Assembly (NCBI GenBank): GCA_035277225.1
Contig: DATEKY010000065.1
Location: 1 to 62,823, forward strand
Length of the DNA stretch: 62,823 nt
DNA from: Xanthobacteraceae bacterium
GTDB taxonomy: Bacteria; Pseudomonadota; Alphaproteobacteria; Rhizobiales; Xanthobacteraceae
Reading direction: 5' to 3'
Below, piece by piece: positions 10,301-18,018 of this stretch. Under the pieces are notes generated by a model. The model worked only from the letters and a program-made list of their open reading frames with translations. It was not told where the DNA came from and did not search any database. Numbering within the stretch: the stretch's first letter is position 1; each line of letters starts with the position of its first letter. The translations under genes were made by a program, and so were the position numbers.

Positions 10301-13192
10301 GCGTACAGGGAAGGACCGCCTCCGAGTAGAGACCGGCTCGCGACGTTCCGAGAGAAGAACCCCGATAGTGAAGTCGCGTTCGAGTGGAGATCGTACCAGC
10401 CGCCAGCTGTTCCCTCTCACTCGGATGTGGCGTTCGTCGAGAACGCCAGCGTCAGTCTCGATGTGGTGAATGGGACATCAGCCGGCTTCCTCGGTCCGCT
10501 CCCGCTGCGGCGCTTCTTGCCGGCCGATAACGCCCCCGGGCACATGGATCAGAACTTCAGGCCCAACGCAGATGAGGACGTACTTGGCTTGGCGTCTCTG
10601 CTTCGCAAGCTTGAGACGATCGGCAGCGATCTGGCCCTGCGATCCAGCCCAAGCCTCCAGACCCTTGGTATTGCACAAGGCGGCAAGTGGGAAGTGATCG
10701 GGACCCTCAACTTGTCGCCCCAGCTGCTGGCGTTGACGCTTGCAGGCACCACCAACAGCGCAGCCCGATTGCTTTGGGAGTGGCGGCCTTCTTGGCTGAA
10801 TCCTGAACGCCAGGCGGATGCCGACCTTGCCAGGCGTCCCTACTACGTGGTGGCGCGAATTCCCGCTTCGCTGAGCGTCGGTTTGGCATCGCGCCAAATG
10901 CTCTCCCAGGAGCGGATCAACCTCATGATTTCGGAACTAGGTCGACGTGCCGTCGGCCTGGCTACGTTATACGCCGCAGGCGACGCTCATGAGAATGCCG
11001 CCGCCGGCTTTTACGATGCCCTACAGCTTTTGCTGCCAGCGAATGTCACCACGCCTGCAGCGTGGATTCGACCCGCGCCATGGATCCAAACCATCGTACC
11101 GATTGACCCGCTAGCTGAGCTACTTGGAGCCCTCGGGGGGAAGAAGTTCCAGAGACGCGCGGATCTTTTGGCTGTCGGCTGTGTCCGCGACGGCATCGGC
11201 ACCCACGTCTGCCTGACACCCATCGAGGTCAAGCACCATGGGACACCAGCGAACCCGGCACCGCGGCCTCCCGATTCAGATCCAGAGCTGAAGCGCGCAC
11301 GGGACCAACTGAAACAGACGAACGAAGTCCTCGCATCGATACGTGACGCGTTGCCGGCGACCGAGGGCAACACGATGGTGGCGCTCGGACGCCGAAGCGG
11401 ACTTGCCGTTCTTATGGACTTCGCACTGGACTTCGCCGCGCACCCTGTTCCCGCTGAGCAGCGGGCGAAGATGATCGAAGACGTACTTGCGGGCAGATGC
11501 GCGATTTCCGTGGGTACGCCTTGCCTCTTGTGGCTCGCGCCCGGTTGCATGAGTCACACAGGTACTGCCGTCATTCGCAACCAGTTCGATGTCACGGCTG
11601 ACCTCCGAATCGAAGAGGCGTACGTCGATCCATACGCCGTACCGGGTCTTCTGTGGCCGGGCGAAGTCGCAGGCCCGAACGAACTGTTTGCCAGGACGCG
11701 CCTCGACGATATGATGACCGAGGCGACAAGCACATGCGGGCCAAGCAGCGTGGGCGGCTTCGACTTGCGGCCACCGTTGAAGACGCTCCTCAAGATCGAG
11801 GACGAGGAAGTGAAGCTGGAACCGGTCGTGGAAGGACCGGCGCCGGCTCCCGCCCCGGTGCCCGAGACCCCGCCGGTCATCCAACAAGCGCCACTGCCCC
11901 CGACTCCCGCGACGCCCGTTCAACCGCCCGCTCCGGTGTACTCGTCGACGCCTGTTCCTCCAACTCCGGCGGTGGTCGCATCCGGCGAACAGCCGCAGAT
12001 GGCCGCGCCGCAACTCGTCGTGGGTTCGCGCCAGCCTGGATCTCGCTGGACAGTTCTCGGCAAGCTGGCTACGGGATCACAAGAGCCTGTCGCGCTTGAC
12101 CTCGACCAACCGAAGGTGCTCGGGATCTTCGGCTACATGGGGTCCGGCAAGAGTTACCTTCTAGGAGCCGTAACGGAAGCGGCCGTCCAATCGATCGCGA
12201 ACCTCAACCAGCTCCGGGCACCATTGGCGGTCATCGTATTCAACTACCGCCGCAACGCCTCCGACAGGTTCGAGTTGTCCTCTCTGACGAATCCGAATGC
12301 AGATGCCGGGGATGTCAAGAGACTCGCGGACGAATTGAGCGCATTGCCTGCGGCTGTTCGCGACATGCACGTCTTGGCCTTGAAGGGTGAACTCAGACCA
12401 CACCGGCTGGCCGAGTATGGCACGACCACGGCGCAGGAGCTTCTATTCCGGCCCTCTACGCTTCACGTCGAGGACTGGGAGTTACTGATGGGCGAGCCAG
12501 ACGCCAACCGGCTGTACTCGCAGCTCATGCGCCATGCTTTGATCCAGCTGCGGGAACAGGGAGACGTGTCAGTCACGGGGCTCCGCACTCAGATCACCGC
12601 GTTCCCGAATCCAGGAAGCCGTAACGCAGCGAACCAGCGCCTGACCTTTGCGGAGAGGCATCTCTCTGAGTCGGCCGGGATCAACTTCAGCGAGGTTGTG
12701 CAACCGGGCCGCGTGCTCGTCATCGACCTGAGACAGCCGCTCTTCAGCAGAGATGATGCCCTACGGTTCTTCCTCGTGTGTGCGAATCAAATCAGCAGGG
12801 TCCAGGGGCAGTTCAACAAAATGGTGATTTTCGACGAAGCGCACGAGTACCTTTCCGAAGCATTCGGCGAGAAATTGGACAGCCGGATTCGGCTCAGCAG
12901 GCACGAAGGCACGTCGTACGTCTTTGCCACGCAGGACGTGGGTTCCATTCCGACAGAAATTCAGCGTTTCATTTCGACCAAGTTTGTCTTCGGTCTCGGT
13001 TCGAATCAAAACGCCAAGGACCTGCTCGAGTTCGCGCCCGAGTTCAAGGGGTTCGAACTGGTGGAGCTGCCGACAGGACAGTGCTTCGTGCAGTCAACAT
13101 ACTCGAGCAAGAATTTCTTTTCGCAGCCACGATTGATTCGCGTCCGTCCGCGGGCGTCTGCGCATGGTGGCGCTACCAGGATCTTCGCGTGA
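7349..13192 (+). CDS. Giant 1,947-aa protein with an unassigned N-terminal region, a PD-(D/E)xK-like motif, a Pro-rich linker and a C-terminal HerA/FtsK-like ATPase (DptH-like architecture)
   Basis: Single uninterrupted ORF. Motifs seen: ADLLAVG...VCLTPIEVKH (nt about 11160-11243); Pro/Ala/Thr-rich linker (nt about 11820-11990); Walker A GYMGSGKSYLLG (12131-12154); Walker B MVIFDEAHEYL (12821-12850); then RHEGTSYVFATQDVGSIP, typical of HerA/DUF87-type ATPases. Confidence 0.9.
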   Translation: MGFLGSALATYLAEFRGLYSVQLPQALRPELVRLVADLNSVTPRRGIYVSDLDLPGAPLTSRWAEALRWRTADDRIFVWERGAGEPDSSFQSAVRDFIGPRFPVDGSICDLATLATLVVRHLFASRGLSTSGPFFDGFANTAAWVADAYALLFREIGSSTVSHWTDGFLVEWSDFCDHLPLVLDRAVAEGLQPRFAWDIVRVAGLVVPQLEAGSPFGNSPVDHLPHEKALTKYIKTWQQVVGNFLGSSSHRVVLLNELDRRVQGAGSRTPWRDLPWNQLDQVADGSSAAAVGRRVFAAPSSVSVIGPQPPVYPAAPDGTWWGVTEEDLQAAIDEVKEERPVEPLPSSQTVIQPFQSTDNYLLATRTGSITFPSTAKKWRCAIQCPEVELQYRGRWKSLFVEEDEPGGAIDGDAWIHPGDIEVKISGKGVSATVANADSVGGLLRVTCNIKVEYSGAIDATSQRVTSEWDPHRSLALILKIYNRSADGFAAAREARSQMELVVPSCLAPTIVLRADGDTVVSPTGDDEFVREPGAEQAAPSSTPEIKLADEDVYDVCVYDGTVRAGIGAFNDPSPVSVGDATLGVDPNVIGLGVGRPALADGTTLTRQASGQQDELAVIRILEEQPAAVSSGIVAVLQGKPAARRPPSNAATVSILGQHQTRVVRGICSQLGVLPFVSLFHTVVASGSSVAVWPDRHPATKSPLFIGLSHGSLPGIGSGPSTIFGTPEWAAFGDSLEEVCAAIGLTPESHALWLSGFDPSTVPSTVVRRYNQAHAALIDAAEAISPAETFWTSYPFSVVVVNGQPGKHFGQLEAVLLSPLHPVRLTWAHSVATFARHIDVRAPGSRELLGLAEGWNFPLVGHAPNATGGKLQLVAVPIDPGPERDFIQWSALATLVQGLVEVPSEATGLPLPWAGRSGINDKVVQRSLDDYLAVSPYVGSLVVDLRSVAQAPRSAEIDNAVLEFLTDASNPLVTALPGGARVWDSAYREGPPPSRDRLATFREKNPDSEVAFEWRSYQPPAVPSHSDVAFVENASVSLDVVNGTSAGFLGPLPLRRFLPADNAPGHMDQNFRPNADEDVLGLASLLRKLETIGSDLALRSSPSLQTLGIAQGGKWEVIGTLNLSPQLLALTLAGTTNSAARLLWEWRPSWLNPERQADADLARRPYYVVARIPASLSVGLASRQMLSQERINLMISELGRRAVGLATLYAAGDAHENAAAGFYDALQLLLPANVTTPAAWIRPAPWIQTIVPIDPLAELLGALGGKKFQRRADLLAVGCVRDGIGTHVCLTPIEVKHHGTPANPAPRPPDSDPELKRARDQLKQTNEVLASIRDALPATEGNTMVALGRRSGLAVLMDFALDFAAHPVPAEQRAKMIEDVLAGRCAISVGTPCLLWLAPGCMSHTGTAVIRNQFDVTADLRIEEAYVDPYAVPGLLWPGEVAGPNELFARTRLDDMMTEATSTCGPSSVGGFDLRPPLKTLLKIEDEEVKLEPVVEGPAPAPAPVPETPPVIQQAPLPPTPATPVQPPAPVYSSTPVPPTPAVVASGEQPQMAAPQLVVGSRQPGSRWTVLGKLATGSQEPVALDLDQPKVLGIFGYMGSGKSYLLGAVTEAAVQSIANLNQLRAPLAVIVFNYRRNASDRFELSSLTNPNADAGDVKRLADELSALPAAVRDMHVLALKGELRPHRLAEYGTTTAQELLFRPSTLHVEDWELLMGEPDANRLYSQLMRHALIQLREQGDVSVTGLRTQITAFPNPGSRNAANQRLTFAERHLSESAGINFSEVVQPGRVLVIDLRQPLFSRDDALRFFLVCANQISRVQGQFNKMVIFDEAHEYLSEAFGEKLDSRIRLSRHEGTSYVFATQDVGSIPTEIQRFISTKFVFGLGSNQNAKDLLEFAPEFKGFELVELPTGQCFVQSTYSSKNFFSQPRLIRVRPRASAHGGATRIFA

Positions 13193-13974
13193 CGATCGCT
13201 CGCGTGAGTCGAAGAGTCGGAAACACCAAGGCCGCACACGGTGACCGGCGGCTTCCACGCAGTGAGTCCTGCCACAGCGTGCGACGTCGTTTGCTTGCTT
13301 GGCTTGAGGGTCATGGCCGAAGCTTCGCTTGGCGTCGGCCGTCAGCTTCGTTGTATCGGCTTGTTGTCACCGAGGCGCTGCTCCAACGAACTAGGGCTGA
13401 AACGGTTAACAATTTCTACGCGCCCTTCTTTCGGCGTTTTCCATCTTGGCAGGCTTTGGCACAGGTTTCTGAAGCCGAATTGCAGGATTACCTGCGGCCG
13501 ATCGGATTGTGGAAGCGCCGGTCGGCCAGTTTGCGGAGCCTCGCGATCGAAATGGCCAAGCGACGTGGGCGCTTCCCTTCGGCCAGAGAAGAGATCGAGG
13601 CCTTACCTGGTGTGGGCCAGTACGTCGCGAATGCGGTCCTGCTGTTTGCGCATGGACGCAGTGAGCCGCTGCTTGACGCCAACGTTGCGAGAGTCTTGGA
13701 GCGCCACTTTGGACCGCGACGCCTTGCCGACATCCGCTACGACCCATACCTTCAAAAGTTGGCAAGAATGGTCGTCTCGTCCGAGCGCCCAGCAAAAGTC
13801 AATTGGGCTCTTTTGGATTTGGCGGCGTTGATCTGCCGCATCCGGGCGCCTCTGTGTCAAGAGTGCCCGCTGTCCGCGACCTGCCACGATTACACTCGTC
13901 GGCGGAACAACGCGGACGATGTTACCGAGGCCAAGTGCGGTCGCAGAACCGCTAGCATCACACGAGCAGTCTGA
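13189..13974 (+). CDS. HhH-GPD DNA glycosylase with a 4Fe-4S cluster, MutY/Mig-like
   Basis: Motifs seen: LVVTEALLQRTRAETV; HhH LPGVGQYVANAVLLFA; catalytic-Asp motif LLDANVARVLERHFG; Cys-X6-Cys-X2-Cys-X5-Cys (CRIRAPLCQECPLSATC). The GTG at 13189 overlaps the TGA of the giant gene (GTGA). Confidence 0.85.
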   Translation: MTIARVSRRVGNTKAAHGDRRLPRSESCHSVRRRLLAWLEGHGRSFAWRRPSASLYRLVVTEALLQRTRAETVNNFYAPFFRRFPSWQALAQVSEAELQDYLRPIGLWKRRSASLRSLAIEMAKRRGRFPSAREEIEALPGVGQYVANAVLLFAHGRSEPLLDANVARVLERHFGPRRLADIRYDPYLQKLARMVVSSERPAKVNWALLDLAALICRIRAPLCQECPLSATCHDYTRRRNNADDVTEAKCGRRTASITRAV

Positions 13975-14086
13975 ATGATCCGACGCGCCAATCAACCGGC
14001 GCGGTAGCCAACGTTCACGCGAGCGGTTGTAGCGTCGCCGCAATCTGGTCGGACCCGCAGCTGTTCGTCTCAGCAGGAGGCATCAA

Positions 14087-15883
14087 GTGGCGCGATTGGC
14101 GGGTTTTCCTGAAGACACATTCCTCGCAATGACCCGCATTCGCGACACTTCTCTAGTGCGCTTTGATAGCCTCTTTACGCCCGACCGCCACCTCTGGGCT
14201 GCCCAGAACCTGAAACGCTTTCATGCCTTGTTCGTCGAGCGCTTCGACGAGGGCGAGGGCTCGTTCTTGGAGAAGTTTCGTAAGCAGCTCGATGGAGCCG
14301 ACGACGATGTCTACCAGCTCGCCGCGGAGTTGCTTTACGTTCAGCAGTTCTTCACGAGCTTGACCGGGCCCGATAAGAAGATCGAGAACGTGCAAGCCGT
14401 TCTCGGCTGGTGTACACATCCCGTCCAAGTCCCAGAATGGGCGATCTCTGGCGTCAAGCGCGGCCTCGCTGGAGATCAAAGTTTCAATCAGCACCGTCCC
14501 TTCCATCTGGCGTGGCTGAACGAGTTCCTGATTCACTGGCATGAGACGCCAAGCGAGAAGAGGAGCGACCTCCTTAAGGACCCGTGGCTCTTCGCTCAGC
14601 ATGAACGAGGCGTCGAGTTCTCAGGTGGAGCTTACCAGCCGATGCGCGAGGCTTGGCTCTACATCATCTTCCCAGAGCATTTCGAGAACATCTCCTCCCG
14701 GCGGGACAAGAAGCTCATTCGGGAGGCATTCAAAACACGACTCGAACACGGCGCCACCGACAACATCGACGCGGACCTGCTGGCGATCCGAAAGAGCTTC
14801 AGTCCCCAGGAGGGCGAGGGGTTCCACTTCTATCGCTCGCCGTTTATCGAGCAGTGGCAAACGGAGCGGAAGAAGACAAAGAGCAATGACGGTGGCACGG
14901 TTAGCAAGTTGAAAGGCGAGTTGCCAGTTGTCGAGCGCCCACAGAGCCCTGTGTCTCTGGCGACGACGTCGATCGATCAACTGAGTGCTCTCGGCGCCGA
15001 CCTCTTTCTCGATCCGCCGGCGGTACTCGGTGAGTGGGCCGCTCTTATCCTCGATGCTCGACAGTTGATCTTCCAGGGGCCACCTGGGACCGGAAAAACG
15101 TTCATCGCGCGTAAGCTCGCCGATGCAATCGCCGGTCACCGAGATCGAGTTGAGCTCGTGCAGTTTCACCCGTCGTACGCATACGAGGATTTCGTCGAAG
15201 GGTACCGACCTGTCGGCGCTGGTTCCTTCGCGTTGCAGCCCGGACCGATTAAACGCCTAGCCGCCAGGGCGACAGCCGCGCCCGATCACCGCTTCGTCTT
15301 GGTCATTGACGAGATCAACCGGGGCAACCTGGCGAAGGTCTTTGGCGAGCTGTACTACCTTCTCGAGTATCGCGACGACGCCATCACGCTGCAGTACTCC
15401 CAGGAGCCCTTTCGCCTTCCGCCGAATGTCCACATCGTCGGTACCATGAACACCGCCGACCGTTCGATCGCTTTGCTCGACATGGCCTTGCGACGGCGCT
15501 TCCGGTTTGTCGACCTCCTGCCGGACAGTCCGCCGCTTAAGGGATTGTTGAGAAGGTTTCTCGACCGAAAGGCGCCGGACATGGCGTTCCTCGCGGACAT
15601 GCTCGACGATGTCAATCGACAATTGAACGATCCGCACGCATCAGTAGGGCCAAGTCACTTCTTGCTCAAAGACACTCGGACACTGACGGAAGACAAGGCT
15701 GAACTCATTTGGAACCACTCGATTCTGCCTGCACTTGGTGACCGCTTCTTCGATTCGCCCGAGGAGTTGAAAAGGTTTCAGTACCAGACCGTACGCGGGC
15801 GAACGTCGCTTGGCGATTTGGTGACTCCGTCACCCTCCGAAGAACCCGAGGACGACGAGCGTGCGTCGACTGACGCTAACTGA
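14087..15883 (+). CDS. mcrB: McrB-like AAA+ GTPase subunit of a modification-dependent restriction system
   Basis: Motifs seen: LIFQGPPGTGKTF, VLVIDEINRGNLAKVFGELYYLLEYR, IVGTMNTADRSIALLDMALRRRFRF. GTG start is preceded by AGGAGG (14074-14079). The roughly 320-aa N-terminal domain is not recognisable. Confidence 0.9.
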   Translation: MARLAGFPEDTFLAMTRIRDTSLVRFDSLFTPDRHLWAAQNLKRFHALFVERFDEGEGSFLEKFRKQLDGADDDVYQLAAELLYVQQFFTSLTGPDKKIENVQAVLGWCTHPVQVPEWAISGVKRGLAGDQSFNQHRPFHLAWLNEFLIHWHETPSEKRSDLLKDPWLFAQHERGVEFSGGAYQPMREAWLYIIFPEHFENISSRRDKKLIREAFKTRLEHGATDNIDADLLAIRKSFSPQEGEGFHFYRSPFIEQWQTERKKTKSNDGGTVSKLKGELPVVERPQSPVSLATTSIDQLSALGADLFLDPPAVLGEWAALILDARQLIFQGPPGTGKTFIARKLADAIAGHRDRVELVQFHPSYAYEDFVEGYRPVGAGSFALQPGPIKRLAARATAAPDHRFVLVIDEINRGNLAKVFGELYYLLEYRDDAITLQYSQEPFRLPPNVHIVGTMNTADRSIALLDMALRRRFRFVDLLPDSPPLKGLLRRFLDRKAPDMAFLADMLDDVNRQLNDPHASVGPSHFLLKDTRTLTEDKAELIWNHSILPALGDRFFDSPEELKRFQYQTVRGRTSLGDLVTPSPSEEPEDDERASTDAN

Positions 15884-17090
15884 GTTCAGAACGGAGCCGG
15901 CAGTTCCCTTGTCTGTTGAGGAGAGGGATGGTATTCGGCGGCTCCATCCAGGCATTCGCATCGAGCCCACCGTTGGATTCGACGGCCGATACGACCTGAC
16001 GCCCGACCAGCGAATCGGCCTGGTCTGTCTCCCGACAGTGGTGGTTGAGATCCGGCCCAAGGTGCCGATGTCCTCGGTACTGCTTTTGGTTTCCTACGCC
16101 TGCGACGCCGCATCGTGGGTCGACCATCAGCCAGAGTTCTCGCGCGATTTGGACTTGGTGGAGATGATCTCGATCATGCTGGCCAAGATGGTCCAGCATG
16201 CGACACGGCGGGGACTTCTCAACGGCTATCAGTGCGAAGACGAGCCGCTGCAGGCGCCGCGTGGCCGGATCCTGTTCGACGAACAGATTCGGCGAAGGCT
16301 GGGACACGCACCACCGATTGAGGTTCGCCATGACATCTTCACGGCGGACATTCTTGAGAATCGGCTGCTACAAGCCGCGCTTGCGACGGTGAGCCGGATT
16401 CCTCTTCGATCGGTGGTGACACGCCGTGAATTGGCTCGCGCTCAAAGGCTTTTCGGCTCAGTCAAACGCCTCCGCTTCTTGCCGGCCGCTGTCCCCGACG
16501 TTGTCTTTACGCGACTAAATCGTCACTATCAGCCGGCGATTGCGCTGGCGACCTTCGTGCTTCGGTCTGCGTCTCTTGAACTCGGCGCTGGTGGTACGCA
16601 AGGGTCGGCGTTTCTGATTGACATGAATGCCGTTTTCGAGCGTTTCCTCCGAACCGCGCTTCGAGAGGCACTGGATGTCGACCCGAGTTCATTCCCCGAG
16701 CGTCCTCCACGGACCAGCCTCGACGTCGCCGGCGTGGTGCCGCTCAAGCCGGATCTCTGTCTGCTGGATCGGCGTGCAATCGTCTGGGTCGGCGATGCCA
16801 AGTACAAACGTCTTCCAATGGGCGGATACCGCAACGCGGATCTGTATCAACTCCTGGCCTACAGCATTGCCCTAAACCTTCCCGGAGGAACACTTGTCTA
16901 TGCCGCGGACGAAGGCGTGACGGCAGCTGAACACACCGTCGTCGAAAGCGGCAAGCAGCTGAGAGTCGTTGCCCTCGATCTGACCGCGCCCAGATCGAAC
17001 ATCCTCCTGCAGATCCGCTCCCTAGCTGCGTCTATTCGTCCTCGACGCGCTGAACCCGAAGTGATCGGCCAGCGGCGTGGAGTGGCGTAG
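15861..17090 (+). CDS. mcrC: McrC-like nuclease subunit
   Basis: 409 aa, overlapping mcrB by 23 nt. C-terminal PD-(D/E)xK-type motif PDLCLLD...IVWVGDAKYKR. Confidence 0.85.
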   Translation: MRRLTLTEFRTEPAVPLSVEERDGIRRLHPGIRIEPTVGFDGRYDLTPDQRIGLVCLPTVVVEIRPKVPMSSVLLLVSYACDAASWVDHQPEFSRDLDLVEMISIMLAKMVQHATRRGLLNGYQCEDEPLQAPRGRILFDEQIRRRLGHAPPIEVRHDIFTADILENRLLQAALATVSRIPLRSVVTRRELARAQRLFGSVKRLRFLPAAVPDVVFTRLNRHYQPAIALATFVLRSASLELGAGGTQGSAFLIDMNAVFERFLRTALREALDVDPSSFPERPPRTSLDVAGVVPLKPDLCLLDRRAIVWVGDAKYKRLPMGGYRNADLYQLLAYSIALNLPGGTLVYAADEGVTAAEHTVVESGKQLRVVALDLTAPRSNILLQIRSLAASIRPRRAEPEVIGQRRGVA

Positions 17091-17116
17091 CGTTCAAGTC
17101 GTACGCGACCACAGCT

Positions 17117-18018
17117 ATGCGACTGAACTTGGCCTACTTCGACACGTCAGCATGGAACGACCTCGTTGACCATGTCGAGAGCGAAGCGATCGTCGCCGCG
17201 CTGGGATCCAGGGCCGTCATCGTCTTCGCGAGCGTGATTTCGGCGGGCGAGATCCTCAAGACGCCTTCTGCCGATCGCCGCGAGCGCCTTTGCTCCATCA
17301 TGCTGAAGCTCCACGGAGACGTGGCGCTGCTTGAGAGACCGATGACACTTGCGGCCGAGGCCGCCAGGGCCTTCTTTCGTGAGGAGCGGGACTTCTCTCT
17401 GCCGCGCACTGGGCCGGGCCGGTCTCTGCTTGAGTTTCTCAATTGCCCTAATACGGCCGATACGTCATCCATTGCCGCTTGGCTTCAGAACCTTGACCGA
17501 AACCATGAGAGGTTTCTCAAGGAGATCCGCCCTGAACTGCCGGATCCAAATACTCGCTACTACTCTGCGGAACTTCTCCACACAGAGCCCTTCCTGAAGT
17601 TGCTCTCAACCGTCCCCGCCGCACAGGAACTCAGCCTGTCGGTCCGCAGATCGCGGACCTCACCGTCGGAGTCGATGTCTGGCGGGCTGTTGCAGGCACG
17701 ATGGGGTACATCATCACGCAATCGACATCCCATTCGGCGAAGACGAGGCAGGGGCGAAGCCGGCCAGGCGGTCCGGACATGTGGCAGGTTGTCTACCTCG
17801 GCGTCGCCGAAGCATTCGTCAGCAGTGACGAACGGCTGCTTGAAGCAGCGCGGGAAGTTTCCAAGACGTTCCGCTACCCGAGGTGCGTGATTTCGACACG
17901 CGATTTTCTGGACGGGATCACCGTCTCGAACCTGAGCCACCGGTGCCCCGTGTGCGGCTCATCGACGCTGATTGGACTTCATGCGCTTGATCCAGGGATT
18001 GCGACTCCGTCGTCATGA
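17117..18018 (+). pseudogene. Frameshifted gene for a roughly 300-aa protein, possibly PIN-like
   Basis: Frame 1 (17117-) reads protein-like until about 17640 and then becomes Arg-rich. Another frame reads ...VGPQIADLTVGVDVWRAVAGTMGYIITQS...DMWQVVYLGVAEAFVSSDERLLEAAREV to 18018. The N-terminal YFDTSAWNDL and C-terminal FVSSDERLL resemble PIN acidic motifs. Confidence 0.5.

Noticed and set aside
11820-11990. Proline-codon-rich stretch as a possible DNA tandem repeat or VNTR
   Set aside because: It is low-complexity (CCG/CCC/GCG-rich), but I could not find an exact repeating unit. I interpret it as a coding Pro-rich linker.
12778-13188. N-terminal extension of the glycosylase ORF inside the giant gene
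   Set aside because: It overlaps the conserved ATPase domain in another frame, and the translated text is Arg/Ser-rich. The GTG at 13189, overlapping the upstream TGA, is the likely start.
2311-13192. Assignment to Druantia type II, DISARM or BREX (all include methyltransferases and very large proteins)
   Set aside because: I see no SF2 helicase/DUF1998 (DruE, DrmA/B), PLD nuclease (DrmC), or PglZ phosphatase, Lon-like protease or PglX-type N6-adenine MTase. The large protein's ATPase is HerA/FtsK-like (long Walker A to Walker B spacing, RHEG..ATQ motif) rather than a DEAH helicase. This is a motif-level judgement only.
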